Shown here in pieces: positions 38,673-50,300 of a DNA stretch of 64,000 nt (position 1 is the first letter of the stretch; every line of letters begins with the position of its first letter). The stretch is taken from NCBI GenBank assembly GCA_051362555.1, contig CM120641.1, positions 41,298,401-41,362,400 on the forward strand. The letters run 5' to 3'. Origin of the DNA: Lingula anatina (Eukaryota > Animalia > Brachiopoda). The notes under the pieces were generated by a model, which saw only the letters and a list, made by a program, of their open reading frames with translations, did no database searches and was not told where the DNA came from. The translations under genes were made by a program, and so were the position numbers.

Positions 38673-38884
38673 AATAATCTACCAGTATGAGGGTGACTCT
38701 CTGCTACTTTAATACGCCTCATGATCCTGAAGGCAAGTTTTTTATGAGAACGATGAAAAATCGGCCTTATTCTGTTGGAAATAAATGTACACAGCAGCTT
38801 GTGTTTTTGTCATCATTATGACACCAAACGTTGCCAAACTTTGGACATTAAATTGTATTGTACCTGCATGTGTGTATAAGGTTG

Positions 38885-38945
<61 letters not shown>

Positions 38946-39250
38946 AATGGTTCCTACAACAAGAGTCAGTAGAAGCAAGAACTCCTTGGTAGAAGCCAAC
39001 GTGAGGTTTGAGAACGTATTCATGTGAATAGAAATCATTTTACTCTGTCATAACTTAGTATGTTCTTTATAGATTATTCTCCTGAAACTTTTTTTCTTTC
39101 TTAAAGCTCCCTTTATTTTCTCGAATTCCTAAAAAGGAGTAGGCCTAAAAAAGCATTTGAATATGTGCCAAACTGTACCTAAGGTAATTTGGTTGGAAAA
39201 ACACTTGTAAGATGTTGTGTATGTGGGGGGTGGGGGGTAGTAAAAATAGC

Positions 39251-39292
<42 letters not shown>

Positions 39293-40067
39293 CAGGCCGT
39301 CCATTCATTAGAAACTCCAAAAAGAAATGTTTTAACATGTAAAGCATCTGTCTCAATAATTGTGCTGTCCCAAATGTGGGACAACTATTACTGAGACAAT
39401 AGTGAATTATGCTCAGTTTCAGAGGAACACACACCGAGGAAGGTCACAATTGTGATTAGAAGTTTTGTTTAGGTACAGCTCAAGGTAGTGTAAATATTGA
39501 AAAGTTTAAGCGTAAAAAATCTAAAGGCTACAAAGATGAATTTCCATCAAAATATCAGTTTCCTTCTTTTATTCACTACCCCACGCACTTCTGCTTTTAA
39601 GCTCTGTCACCGTTTATTGTCAATTTAACTGCCTTGTAAGTTGGTGTGAAATAGTGATCGGTCAGTGCTGTAACTCAATACCTAAGTCAGATATCATTAT
39701 GATAAGCGACGGATGACGACAAAGATGTGAAATACCGGCTTTTTGTATTAATTTTAATTTTTTTATGAGATATGAGCTTATAGTTCCATCAAACAAACTC
39801 AAACAAAGGCGTTCTTTACCTTTTAACTGACGAAATCAGAAGTTAGCCTTTCAAAAAGTTTCCATGGCACCGGATTGTAATCAAATTGTTGTGATGAAAT
39901 TGTCGTTGAAACGGTGTTGCTAGCTCTTCAGGTGAGGGAGATATCTGTTTGAAATCGAAAACAATTTTAAACACAAACACGCCGCTGTTACATAATCAGC
40001 TCAAATAAGCAAATTCACCATGATGCATTTTCGATGTGACGGCATTATCACATCACGTGACTATATG

Positions 40068-40252
40068 AATATCTGCATTATTAAGCATATAAGGAAATAC
40101 ATCCTCAATCGCCCCTAACAGATTTTGATAAGATCTCTTAGGGGCGATTGAGGATGTATTTCCTTATATGCTTAATAATATCTGCATTATTAAGCATATA
40201 AGGAAATACATGCATCCTCAATCGCCCCTAAGAGATCTTATCAAAATCTGTT
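40068..40252. repeat. Micro-scale inverted triplication (direct-inverted-direct)
   Basis: ATTATTAAGCATATAAGGAAATACATCCTCAATCGCCCCTAA occurs forward (~40077), in reverse complement (~40138-40179) and forward again (~40186). Confidence 0.9.
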
Positions 40253-40449
40253 GCACCCAATTGCTTTTCATACGTGTTTCAATAACTGCGCCAATTTTGA
40301 TGATTTTATCTACAGCGCTTACGGATTTATACATGTATGTCACTGCCAAGTGGACAGTTTTGCCAGTGGCTTAATTTAATTTTTTTAATAATTTCATTTG
40401 ATTGATTTCGTATGATCGAATGTTCCTTCGTCTTTTAGTTTTGACCTAA

Positions 40450-40459
40450 TTTCGGTTTC
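40450..40459 (-). promoter_or_regulatory. ISRE/IRF-element-like motif upstream of small-gene copy 3
   Basis: TTTCGGTTTC in the context TTTTAGTTTTGAC..AATTTCGGTTTCAAGATTT, shared with copy 1. Confidence 0.4.
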
Positions 40460-40668
40460 AAGATTTCTACGAAACCTGTCTTTGTTCTATGTGGACATTG
40501 TACATCCTCATTATTTAAGTAAATACACATACACGTAGTGCGTCAAGATAAAACCTGATAACAGCTGACTATAGAAGACGACGTCCGACTGACTGAGATT
40601 TCCACTGTTTTGGCGACGTACTTTCATTGATACGTTGAGGCGAATTCCGAACCAAGATTTCACAGCTC

Positions 40669-41567
40669 ATGTCTAGCCACGTAAGGTCTCTTTCATGTTT
40701 GGTTTTCACACGATATATCTCCAATGTTGTTTTATTTCTCATCTGGTTTGAATGCTGCACAATTTAAGGTAACGGCGATTTCTTTTTTTACTTTCTGTTT
40801 GCATGTTGCAGGCGAAGTACTCCATTCCACTAGTGTGCGTTGGACCTAGTATGCGAGATGGTGATTGGATTGAAACCACTGTAAAATACGGTGTTTGCTC
40901 CAAGAATGATGTCCGATTAACACTCGTCCTTGGACCAGGTGTGACTTGGTGGAAAGGATTGATCTTGTCCCGGAAAAACGATAGAAAAAAGTACCAGGTG
41001 AGTGCTATCGTTTTAAAAGTGGTATGTGAACAGGTGTGTGTATGAATCGGCTTAAAATTATGCCAACTGAGAAATTGTAGGGAAAACTTTCAAGGAAACT
41101 TGCAAGGTACTCTCAGACCAACTGATTTTTTACGCTCTGTTTATTAATAAATCTTTAAAGTTCAACACATTAATATTTTCTTTTAAGTGAATCAAGTGAA
41201 AGGGGGGAGTGTTAGGGTGATTTCTTTTCAGACCACTGACGTATTGTTTGACTTTGTATAAACATCCTGTTTATTTCTTTTTTTTAATCTAAATTTCATT
41301 TTTTTTGTATAATTATTTTGTATAATTATTTTGTTCGTTGCTTTCTATCTAAACCCTTTAGATTTTTTATTCAAGGTTCTTATCCAACTGCAAGACGACC
41401 AGCACTCTGTCACTGTTACTATTGGGCGCCACATGTTGGAACAGAATCACCTTGTTTTCTGCAAGGCCAAAATATTTGGAGTCAAAACCAATATGTACCA
41501 AATTGAGGATGCAGCTACAGTTTTGGAAGGAGGTGCTCACTACACGTTCACTTGGGTTAAGGACTAG
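40669..41567 (+). CDS. Uncharacterised 129-aa protein, tandem copy 3
   Basis: Exons 40669-40680 (MSSH|gtaag), 40812-40997 and 41376-41567. The frame is open, and this is the most divergent copy in exon 2. Confidence 0.85.
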
Positions 41568-42678
41568 CCAACACTAAGCTTATCTTTTTCATTGGTGGAG
41601 ATATCTCACTTTACAGAGTGAATAGAGATTTGTATAAATATATTAAATGCAGTATGCATTTTTAAGTTGTTTGTCGTGATTTTTCAATACAATGTTTCAC
41701 TGTTATACTACAATACTTCACAAAATGCCTATGCCGCAACACTTTAGGAATTCTGACATCTTTACTTAGATCTGATATATTATTATACCGAAGTCTTGCC
41801 AAGACGCCTTGTCCTGTGTATAATGTAGTAATTCCCTATTAGGCTTTGTTGAACTCTTTATCTGCATTACGTGACCGTATTAAAAACATTTAAACGCACA
41901 TACCCTGATTTCCGACACCTGGATTAATATTGTTTACACGCCATTTGTTGCAGATAACATTTAGATAAAATATCGATTAGTATTCCAATAGTTTTAAAGT
42001 CAGGTCATGTTGTATGGGGATTTAGAATGTTATCAATTTAGTGAACAAGATTAATAATCTCCAGGTATAGGTATACTCTACCCTCTACCAGGGCCGCAGT
42101 TATTATTGTGGATATTTTTTGCTGACTGAGAGCCAAAATGTCACTGTCTTTTTATCTATAGACATATCGTCGCCCTGGAAGAGGGTAGGTATACTCTTTG
42201 CTATGTACTATGTCCCATTCTGCAGTAGGTAAGTTTTTAATGAAAAGGTCGAAAACTCGGCACTGGAACTTTACTGGAAATAAAATTTTAACGCAATTAC
42301 TCATATGTGTTTTGTCATTGTTTTGGCATCAACCATTGCCAAATTTTGAATGTGCCCCTTGAGACATTTTAAAAATTGTTTCGTATCTGCTTGACTACAT
42401 AAGTTTGCCATATATTGACCAGTGGCTCATGCAAAGAGTCATCAGGAGGCAGCAGAAGCCGTCTTGAAGTTTGAGAACGTATTCGTGTGAATTGAAATCA
42501 TTTCACTCTGTTATAACTTAGAAAGTTCGTTATAGAATTATCTTCTCATTTGTAACCTTTTTTTGTTCCGTTATTCTCCCTTTATCTTCTCAAATCCCTA
42601 GAAAGGGAATAAAAACAAGCACGCAAATAATTTCTTAGAACCATTTAGGTAATTTGGGTGGAATGCCACTGGTGTGCG

Positions 42679-42709
<31 letters not shown>

Positions 42710-43524
42710 GGGGGGGGGGAGGGGGGAGTAAAACACGTTATAGGCGGTAATATTATGGGACATACTGCAGTGGTAGTGCATGTATTAGAAGTAGTAGTAG
42801 TAGTTATAACAATAAGAAAAAGAAACATGTTGTGCTGCTATGCCACATTCATTAGAAACATCAGTAATACACATTGTTTCAACATGTAAAGCATAATCGC
42901 TATATCAAGTCATTGAACTTATTACAGCCCTTTGACTTCTCGTTATGTTAATGGCACAAACGTACACCGTTCAGCATAGAGATAAAAAATACACGAAGAA
43001 TTAGTTGTTATCCGTTATTTCTTGTCTTAAAGTAGAACCGTATCATGTTCCGCGGGAGGTTTCAAACGTTTCAATAAATGTTTCACATACGGAGAAATAT
43101 TGATCTCCTTGTCCTAAAACGTGCGTAAAACCCAAAAAGTGCTCTTTTTTTACGGACAACAATCGTATGCATATGCCACTGATAATATGGCCGCCAGTAA
43201 GTTTTCCTAGGCGGATTTATGCCCAATCAATCGTTCCTATCAGGTTTTTTGTAGCTCTTTTCAAAAATTGTAACATCAATGGAACCACCAGTGATACGTA
43301 AAATGACAAATGCCAAAACATCACCTTCCTCTTCATACGTATTTAAACTAAAACCCGAATATCTTTATAAATATAAGAAGCGACTTAAAATCAAAATGTG
43401 CTACACGTTAAACATGAACTATTTCGACTCCAAATGAATTAAAAAGTAGCAATACAACCAGTCACAGGACAGAGAAGGAAAATAAGTAAAATAATTGGTT
43501 GGTTCAAGTTTCTAAACGGTTCAT

Positions 43525-45968
43525 CTAATTAGCAAAGTAAAGCTTTTTCTTTGCTTTGGCTTTTTTCATGTGATCACTTGGATCGTCGTCTGCCATTTCT
43601 TCATTAGGAACCATCATGTCGAACAAATCTTTCGTTTGGCTGGACTTCTTGATGTACATGTCGAAATGGTCTAAGAGTTCGCCCATCCTGTCGTTCAGAT
43701 CGTCGCATTCTTTTACTCCGACTTTTTCACCTGAAATGATATTGGAACTTTTTCGTTCAAATGAAATATGATTAAGTAAGCATACTTTTGTACAGGTGAT
43801 TCTGATGCAATTTCAGAAGTATTGAACAAAGGACCAGATTATAATTAGGCTACTACATTTGAATGCTGGGGCAAATTTTCTTAAAATCACTGAATGGAAG
43901 TACATATTAGAACCTACAGATCAAAAGATTCCACTTACCTTCAGTGTATTCGTGGTATCTGTGTAACTGTAGATCATTTCTTGGCCCAGACCCTATACCG
44001 ATAAACGCCTTCAGTCGCCTGATGGTAAAGTCAATGATTTCATAATCATTGCCTTTTTTATCGAGATCTGATCGAACGGAGGTGTAGGTTTCCATAATAA
44101 TGCTGAGCATCATGCTTATCAAAATGAAGGATACTGTCACTGTATAGATCATGAAGAAAATGGGACCAAAAACGCGATCGGCGTCGTTGAAGGCGAAGAA
44201 GTCAAATTTGTCTGAAACAAACAAACAAACAAAAAAATAAAATAAAAAATAAACATTTGAAGCAGTCTGGTCACTAAAAAAAGTTATCCTAGTCTTACTG
44301 AGTATATAAATAATCAAATTCGTCTAAAAACTACCAAAACAATGCCGTAATATGTGCTAAACTGAACAACTGAATATTTCCATAACTTAAAAACCGCGTC
44401 AAGCCTTCAATTCCAGTGACATTTTTTTCAATCAAGAGCAAAAGTGGGGGTTATTGTTGGTCAATGCAGTGGTGCCAGTCAAGTCAGCTTCTGCAGGCCA
44501 CAAGAGCTGATGTGGCATATACTCACTCTATTCTACTTATTTGAGAATTTGGACCAATAAAACCCCTTTTTCGTCCAGGTTGGAAATTAAGGGGCAAATG
44601 ATTTCCTATTATGTTCTTGTTTGAAATAAATCAGTTAGTCCCAGTGAAACCCAAATACTTAGATATGTACAATGGGGTCAAAAACCTTTTAATAGAGACG
44701 AACGAGCTTTTGGCACAATGTACAACTCGTCACACTATCCCTCAGGTATTATGACAACTACTCATCACCAAGTTGTTGGCGTGAACTGCGGTGCAGTGAC
44801 CCCATAAAAATTGCAGTGCTTTTTACACAGTGATACAGAGTTACAAAGTGTCTATGCATATTGCAGATCTGCGGATCAAATATGGCCAACTCACATCAAG
44901 AGTAGACGTTTATAATCCCCTGGGCTTATATAAGTCTACAACACAGGCAGTACAATACCAAGACACCACTGGACTGGGAGCCAATGTCACCTAACTTCAT
45001 ACCCCGTATACAGTGAATCACGAAACAAAATTGCCACCAGCGCCCAACCTGGCGTACAGCATTGGGTAAGGTTAATGTAAAACAGGCATTTGTGACTTAC
45101 TCATCAGCATGACTAGCAAAGTCTCCACCGTCGTGATGATGCTCATGAAGTCCAGCAATACGGTGTGGAACATAATATACGCCAGCTGAACGAAGGCAAA
45201 GAAGACGATCCCCGCGCTAATGAAGAAGTAACCCAGTGGTTTAGCGGCCCCTTTCATCACACGTCCTAGCAAATTCATCGTCTTATTGAAACGGAGAATC
45301 TTCAAGAACTTCACGTTGGCTACGAAGATGATGAAGCCCATCATATAACCATATATCTGAAAAGAAAAAAATTGAAAATCAAATCTAGGCCGCGTGTGTT
45401 CTGTGTTGAATTTCTTTTAATTATATTAAGTATTGGACATAGGCCTACATGTAACTTCATTTCAAATGAAGCAATGGACTCTATATAAGGTTGTCTCAGC
45501 GACAGTCACGGTTTGACCAAGGGTAAGTGGATTTATATACCATTACCATTATATTATTATTTTTGCAATTGTAGTTGCTGTTACTGACATTATCATTATT
45601 ATTATTATTATGGCTGTTGTTGATGTGATCATCGTTTTCACCATCGTCCTCATCAAAAGAATAATGATAGTGACAGTTATAACTGCAGATTAAACTCAAA
45701 AATACACATATATTAACATATTTACCTCGTCCCACAGAATACTGTACTGCAGGTTGTGAAATTTCGTCGGTTCTGCGGCGATTTCTCCCAGGGTCAGCTT
45801 GGCGGTGACCAACTTGAAGGCAAACATAACTATGGTTGCCGTGACCCCCGCCAGGAAGAAGAATTCAACCACATTCCAGGTATCCTTAATACAGATAAAG
45901 CTTTATATAAGCTAAAGTATGCACAATTAAATCATGTTGAATATTTCGGATTTAGAATCGTGGAAAAA

Positions 45969-45999
<31 letters not shown>

Positions 46000-47337
46000 A
46001 TAGTAGATGACAATCACAATGTACTCGTAGACAGATTCCAGCGATTTTTGATGCATGGCGAGATGAACAAAATAATGTATTAGCAGAATGAAAGTGACAA
46101 AGATCAAATCACCTTGAAGTACTCCCCTCGATATTTGATGATCTTCTTGATTTCCCTGTACAAGAAATATGCGAAGAACGCTGCTGTTAGTATTTCTGCA
46201 CCCATGATGACAAACATAACCGTGCCCACGTATCGGTCCAGCCGGAATACGTGGAAGCGAGGGAATAAGAAAACCCCTATATAAAAAATGAAAAAGAAAA
46301 AAATATGTTAGACCAAATAAAATGGATAAGTTGGTCAAGGATCAGTGACTATCTGGACTCAAAGTTGGTAAACGAAATTTATTTTCTGCGCGATTTTTAG
46401 CAAAGAAAAAAAGTTTTCTCTGGGTCAATGGTAAAATTTCCCCACTTATCAAACCAATACCTAATGCAGTCTTATATCCTCAGAATTTTACTCGGTCGCG
46501 CTTGTTAACTGGTTAACGGGCTTATCAATTTCGGTTGGCCCTATAATATCTTTTATCTGATACTTGTTAAAATATTACGGTCAAATCACTGTCTAGATGA
46601 TAAATCAAGTAAACCAGCACTGCCCAGCTGAGGTCCTTCTACGAGGGACCCATAATTTATAATATCCACGCATTGACCAAAATTATAACACCAGAAATAG
46701 ATCTAATAATTATTTCTATACCATCCCAAATGTATTTTTATCATCTTTGCAATGTTTGTTAACCGTTAAAAAACCAACTACGGAATCGTAGATATATGCA
46801 TACATTTGCCACTTACGGGCCTGTCGTAACAAGAAAGAACTCCCGAATACTAATGCAATCAAACAGAAAAAAACAATGACATTTATCATACGCACCCCCC
46901 TCCCACCCATAACTCCATTTACTAGTATAGGTAAAGGCTATGTGTAATTTCGATAAATCGCTGAACATTGAATCGTGGCCACTCACCCCCTGAAGCGGGA
47001 AACTCGACGGTCGTCTGGGAAACGGTGAATAAATTCAAGTTGGCGTTGTACAAGACAAACTCCACAAACACAACTCGCGTGTAGATATCCAACCAACGCG
47101 ACGATCGGAGTTCCTTGATGCCTGTCAGGGCGGACTCATAGGTTGTTCCTAATTCAAAGGCGTACCCACCACCGCCATACGTGGTCATCAGACCCCAGTA
47201 CGGGAACCCTTTAAGGTCCAAGGCACTTTGAAATGACCACTGTTGCCCTGGCGACGGCGACACACCTTAAAAATTGGAATAGAAATTTATGATGGATGAT
47301 AGACATGGAGTTGAGATTATATTTACGCATTTAAATG

Positions 47338-47381
<44 letters not shown>

Positions 47382-50300
47382 TACAGTATCTTTCAATAGA
47401 TGATAACGGTGGCTGTTCAGAGTAATTATTCTTTGACAAACATTGCAATTTCAGTCAAATTGATTTCTAAGTTGAATTTCGTACGAACTTTTTTGGCCAA
47501 CTAGCTCCGTTAAATGTTGACCTCTGTATATTAAGTAGGGAACTAAACTCTCAAATCAGCCATGTGAACAATGCATGTAGTATTCTTTGAAATGATGGAC
47601 TTACCACTGTCATTTACAGGTTTCCATTCCGGCAAAAAGGAACCAGTTTCTTCTTCTATCCATTCATATTCAGATCGACATTCTTTAATTGTATTGCGAA
47701 CCATTTTCGGGAGGTCACACGAATCTGAAAATAAATTCAGTAGTTACCGAAGGATGCAACAAGTTGCCACATATAAATGTTGTAAAGTTAATTACTTATG
47801 CTTACACTAATTTCAATTAGTAATGAAAGGGAAATCAAATAGATGAAAAGTTAGAGTGATATTGAGTGCAAATTAAGTTTCATCGAGTGTCAACAAGTGT
47901 AGAGCATGTTTTAAGTGTCAGAAGAAGATAGAAAAGGTCAAAGTCAATAACATTTAATGTGATTGGTTAATTTCACAACAGATTTTAATTTTGATCAACT
48001 GTTTATCAGATGTTAACTAAGTTTTGGACATGATTCAAGTATGAGTAATGCAAATAGTATTTTGGATGAGTTTAGTTGAAAACAAGGCTCTTAGACATTA
48101 CCTAATAAGGGAATGTTCTATGGTAAAGGAAACATGACAATGTAAAGTTTCTGGAAACCACGCCATAAACAATAAAAAGAACATAATTACACGCGTGATC
48201 AGTACGGAGAATTAGAGTATAAATATGGGTAAAATTGTATGAAAACTGAGTGGTGAATAAATGATTGAAGACTCCAGAACCTCGAAGTCGTTATAATATA
48301 AATATAGTAAAAAGTGTTTATATCAATGTCTCATCCACCGAATATTTCCAAACGAATCTCTCAAAAGAGTGATTCAGTAGTTGTACAGGTTTGCTCAGAT
48401 ATTAATAATAAAAATACTGTAGATGCCCATCTGTACACAAGTCATGAAACTAAAAATAATGTATCTAACGAAGATTCTTTTTGAGCACATAAAAGAATCT
48501 GTTTAATGGTAGCAAAAGTCTTAAGATGGATTTGCAGCCACATTTTTTTATTTGTCCCATGTCTTAAGACTTACATTTAAACCCACAAAGCCCGCCTACA
48601 CCAGGTTTAAGTTAGAATATTTTCCGTAACATAGACTCTTTTTACATTGAGCGGTACACTTAACAGGATAGGGCTACTTTTGCAGGGTCTAACATGTTAT
48701 TACTCCACAAAGGAATTTTTATAAGTTCTCTAAATGAATGGGAAGCGGACTCTCTATCACTCTGTCACGTTACACTGGTCAAGTTTAATTTACTGCTTGA
48801 TATGAAAAGGACAGAAAGACTTACATGGTTTCACTCTGAGCTGTCGTAACCTTGCCACACCGACCAAGTAGTTCTGTTTATCGGCAATGAAGCCTCTTGC
48901 CCAGGCTGCCACGGCGCCGTTGTACCACTCCAAATCTCCGTTATACAACGCTGGAATCAGGGTTCGTTCAGCCCAATCAAAGAAAGTTTTTCGAGATTTT
49001 ACCTGGAATGGGGCATTTGGCTCTATGATTATACTGATATCATCAATAGTATACATCGTTATAACAAAATACAACAAAGCAATGACATATAAAGGTATCT
49101 TGAAGTTTTAGTTATATGTAAAATCATATTTTATATGTAAAATCATAACTACTGGTAATGGGTAACTGTTTTTATAATGCATTGAAATACAAAAAAGTGC
49201 TTTGTCAGTCGTCAATTTCTTCCAACTAGTCGACCAAAAACCTGTTGAATTCAACAAATATGAAAGAAACAGTTTACGACTTATACTTGTCAGGCCATTG
49301 ATCAAACCTACATTAACGAGTCCGAAGAAAAAAAGAAGAAAAAATTATAACAACCGCCAAAAATTCTACTAGTCCGATGGGACTAGTAATTTCGAAAGAA
49401 AATCATATTAATTTAATTATTCCGATGCCAAATCTACTGGTCATTTGCCTCGGAACATTGACTGGAAAAAGAATGCAACTGATTAAACAATCACCTTCCA
49501 AATTGGGAACTCTTTCCCAAGATATGTCGAGTTTGCTGTAACATGCCCATCAAAGAAGATGCTGTGTGCGTTTTCTTTCTGATATATGGACCACGGGTCT
49601 CTGTTACCATAGGCACACATCATCAACAGCAGTAGAAATACAAAGTAGAACACTATTTCTCTGATGATCTTGTGCATTTCAAGCTCTTTTATTCTGAAAT
49701 TATAAATAATATTGGTGTCAGTAAAAGTCCAACAGATGTCGATTAATTAATATGTTCTACATATACCAACCAACTACTCTGTCTGTTTAAAATATCTATC
49801 AAAAAATTTCCAGAACCGATGTCTTCAGGTACATAACAAGAACGTTAAACAAAACTCTACCACTGTGTCGCAAGAGTGCTTGACCAAGGGGCGGTTTCAC
49901 AAAAATACTTCACATCGAAAGTTGGTCCATAAAATTCGTCTTTTTAATTCAGGATCAACCTATTCGACTGGATGGTTAGCATCATGCAATTGCTTCTCCC
50001 GTGCCTCCTAAAAGTTTCTAAAAGTTCAGTCTTATGTTTTTTTTTTGTGAATCCGCCCCTCCTCCGCCTCCCACCCCCACCCTCCATTATCATAGCCGTA
50101 CCTTAGGTCCCTGGCCGCCTTAACTACTTGCTCGTCAAGCGGTGGATACGTCTTGGCTCCCCTGGAATTCCTGTCTTTCCCGGTCTTGGTCTCCATTAAA
50201 GTCTTGGCGTGTAGATACTCCTCATCATCGCGCAGATCCGAGTATTCCTCATCTTCATCACTCTCTGGACTTCGAATGACCAAGGCATAGAAAAGTGCGA

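Noticed and set aside
38742-39434. ORFs with IYIYIY, NNNN or YYYY runs (also 33712-34128, 42598-42889, 57875-58066)
   Set aside because: These are translations of microsatellites.
39500-40375. CpG-richer segment between duplication units 2 and 3 as a discrete transposon
   Set aside because: Composition suggests repeat origin, but I could not find convincing TIRs or a TSD by eye.
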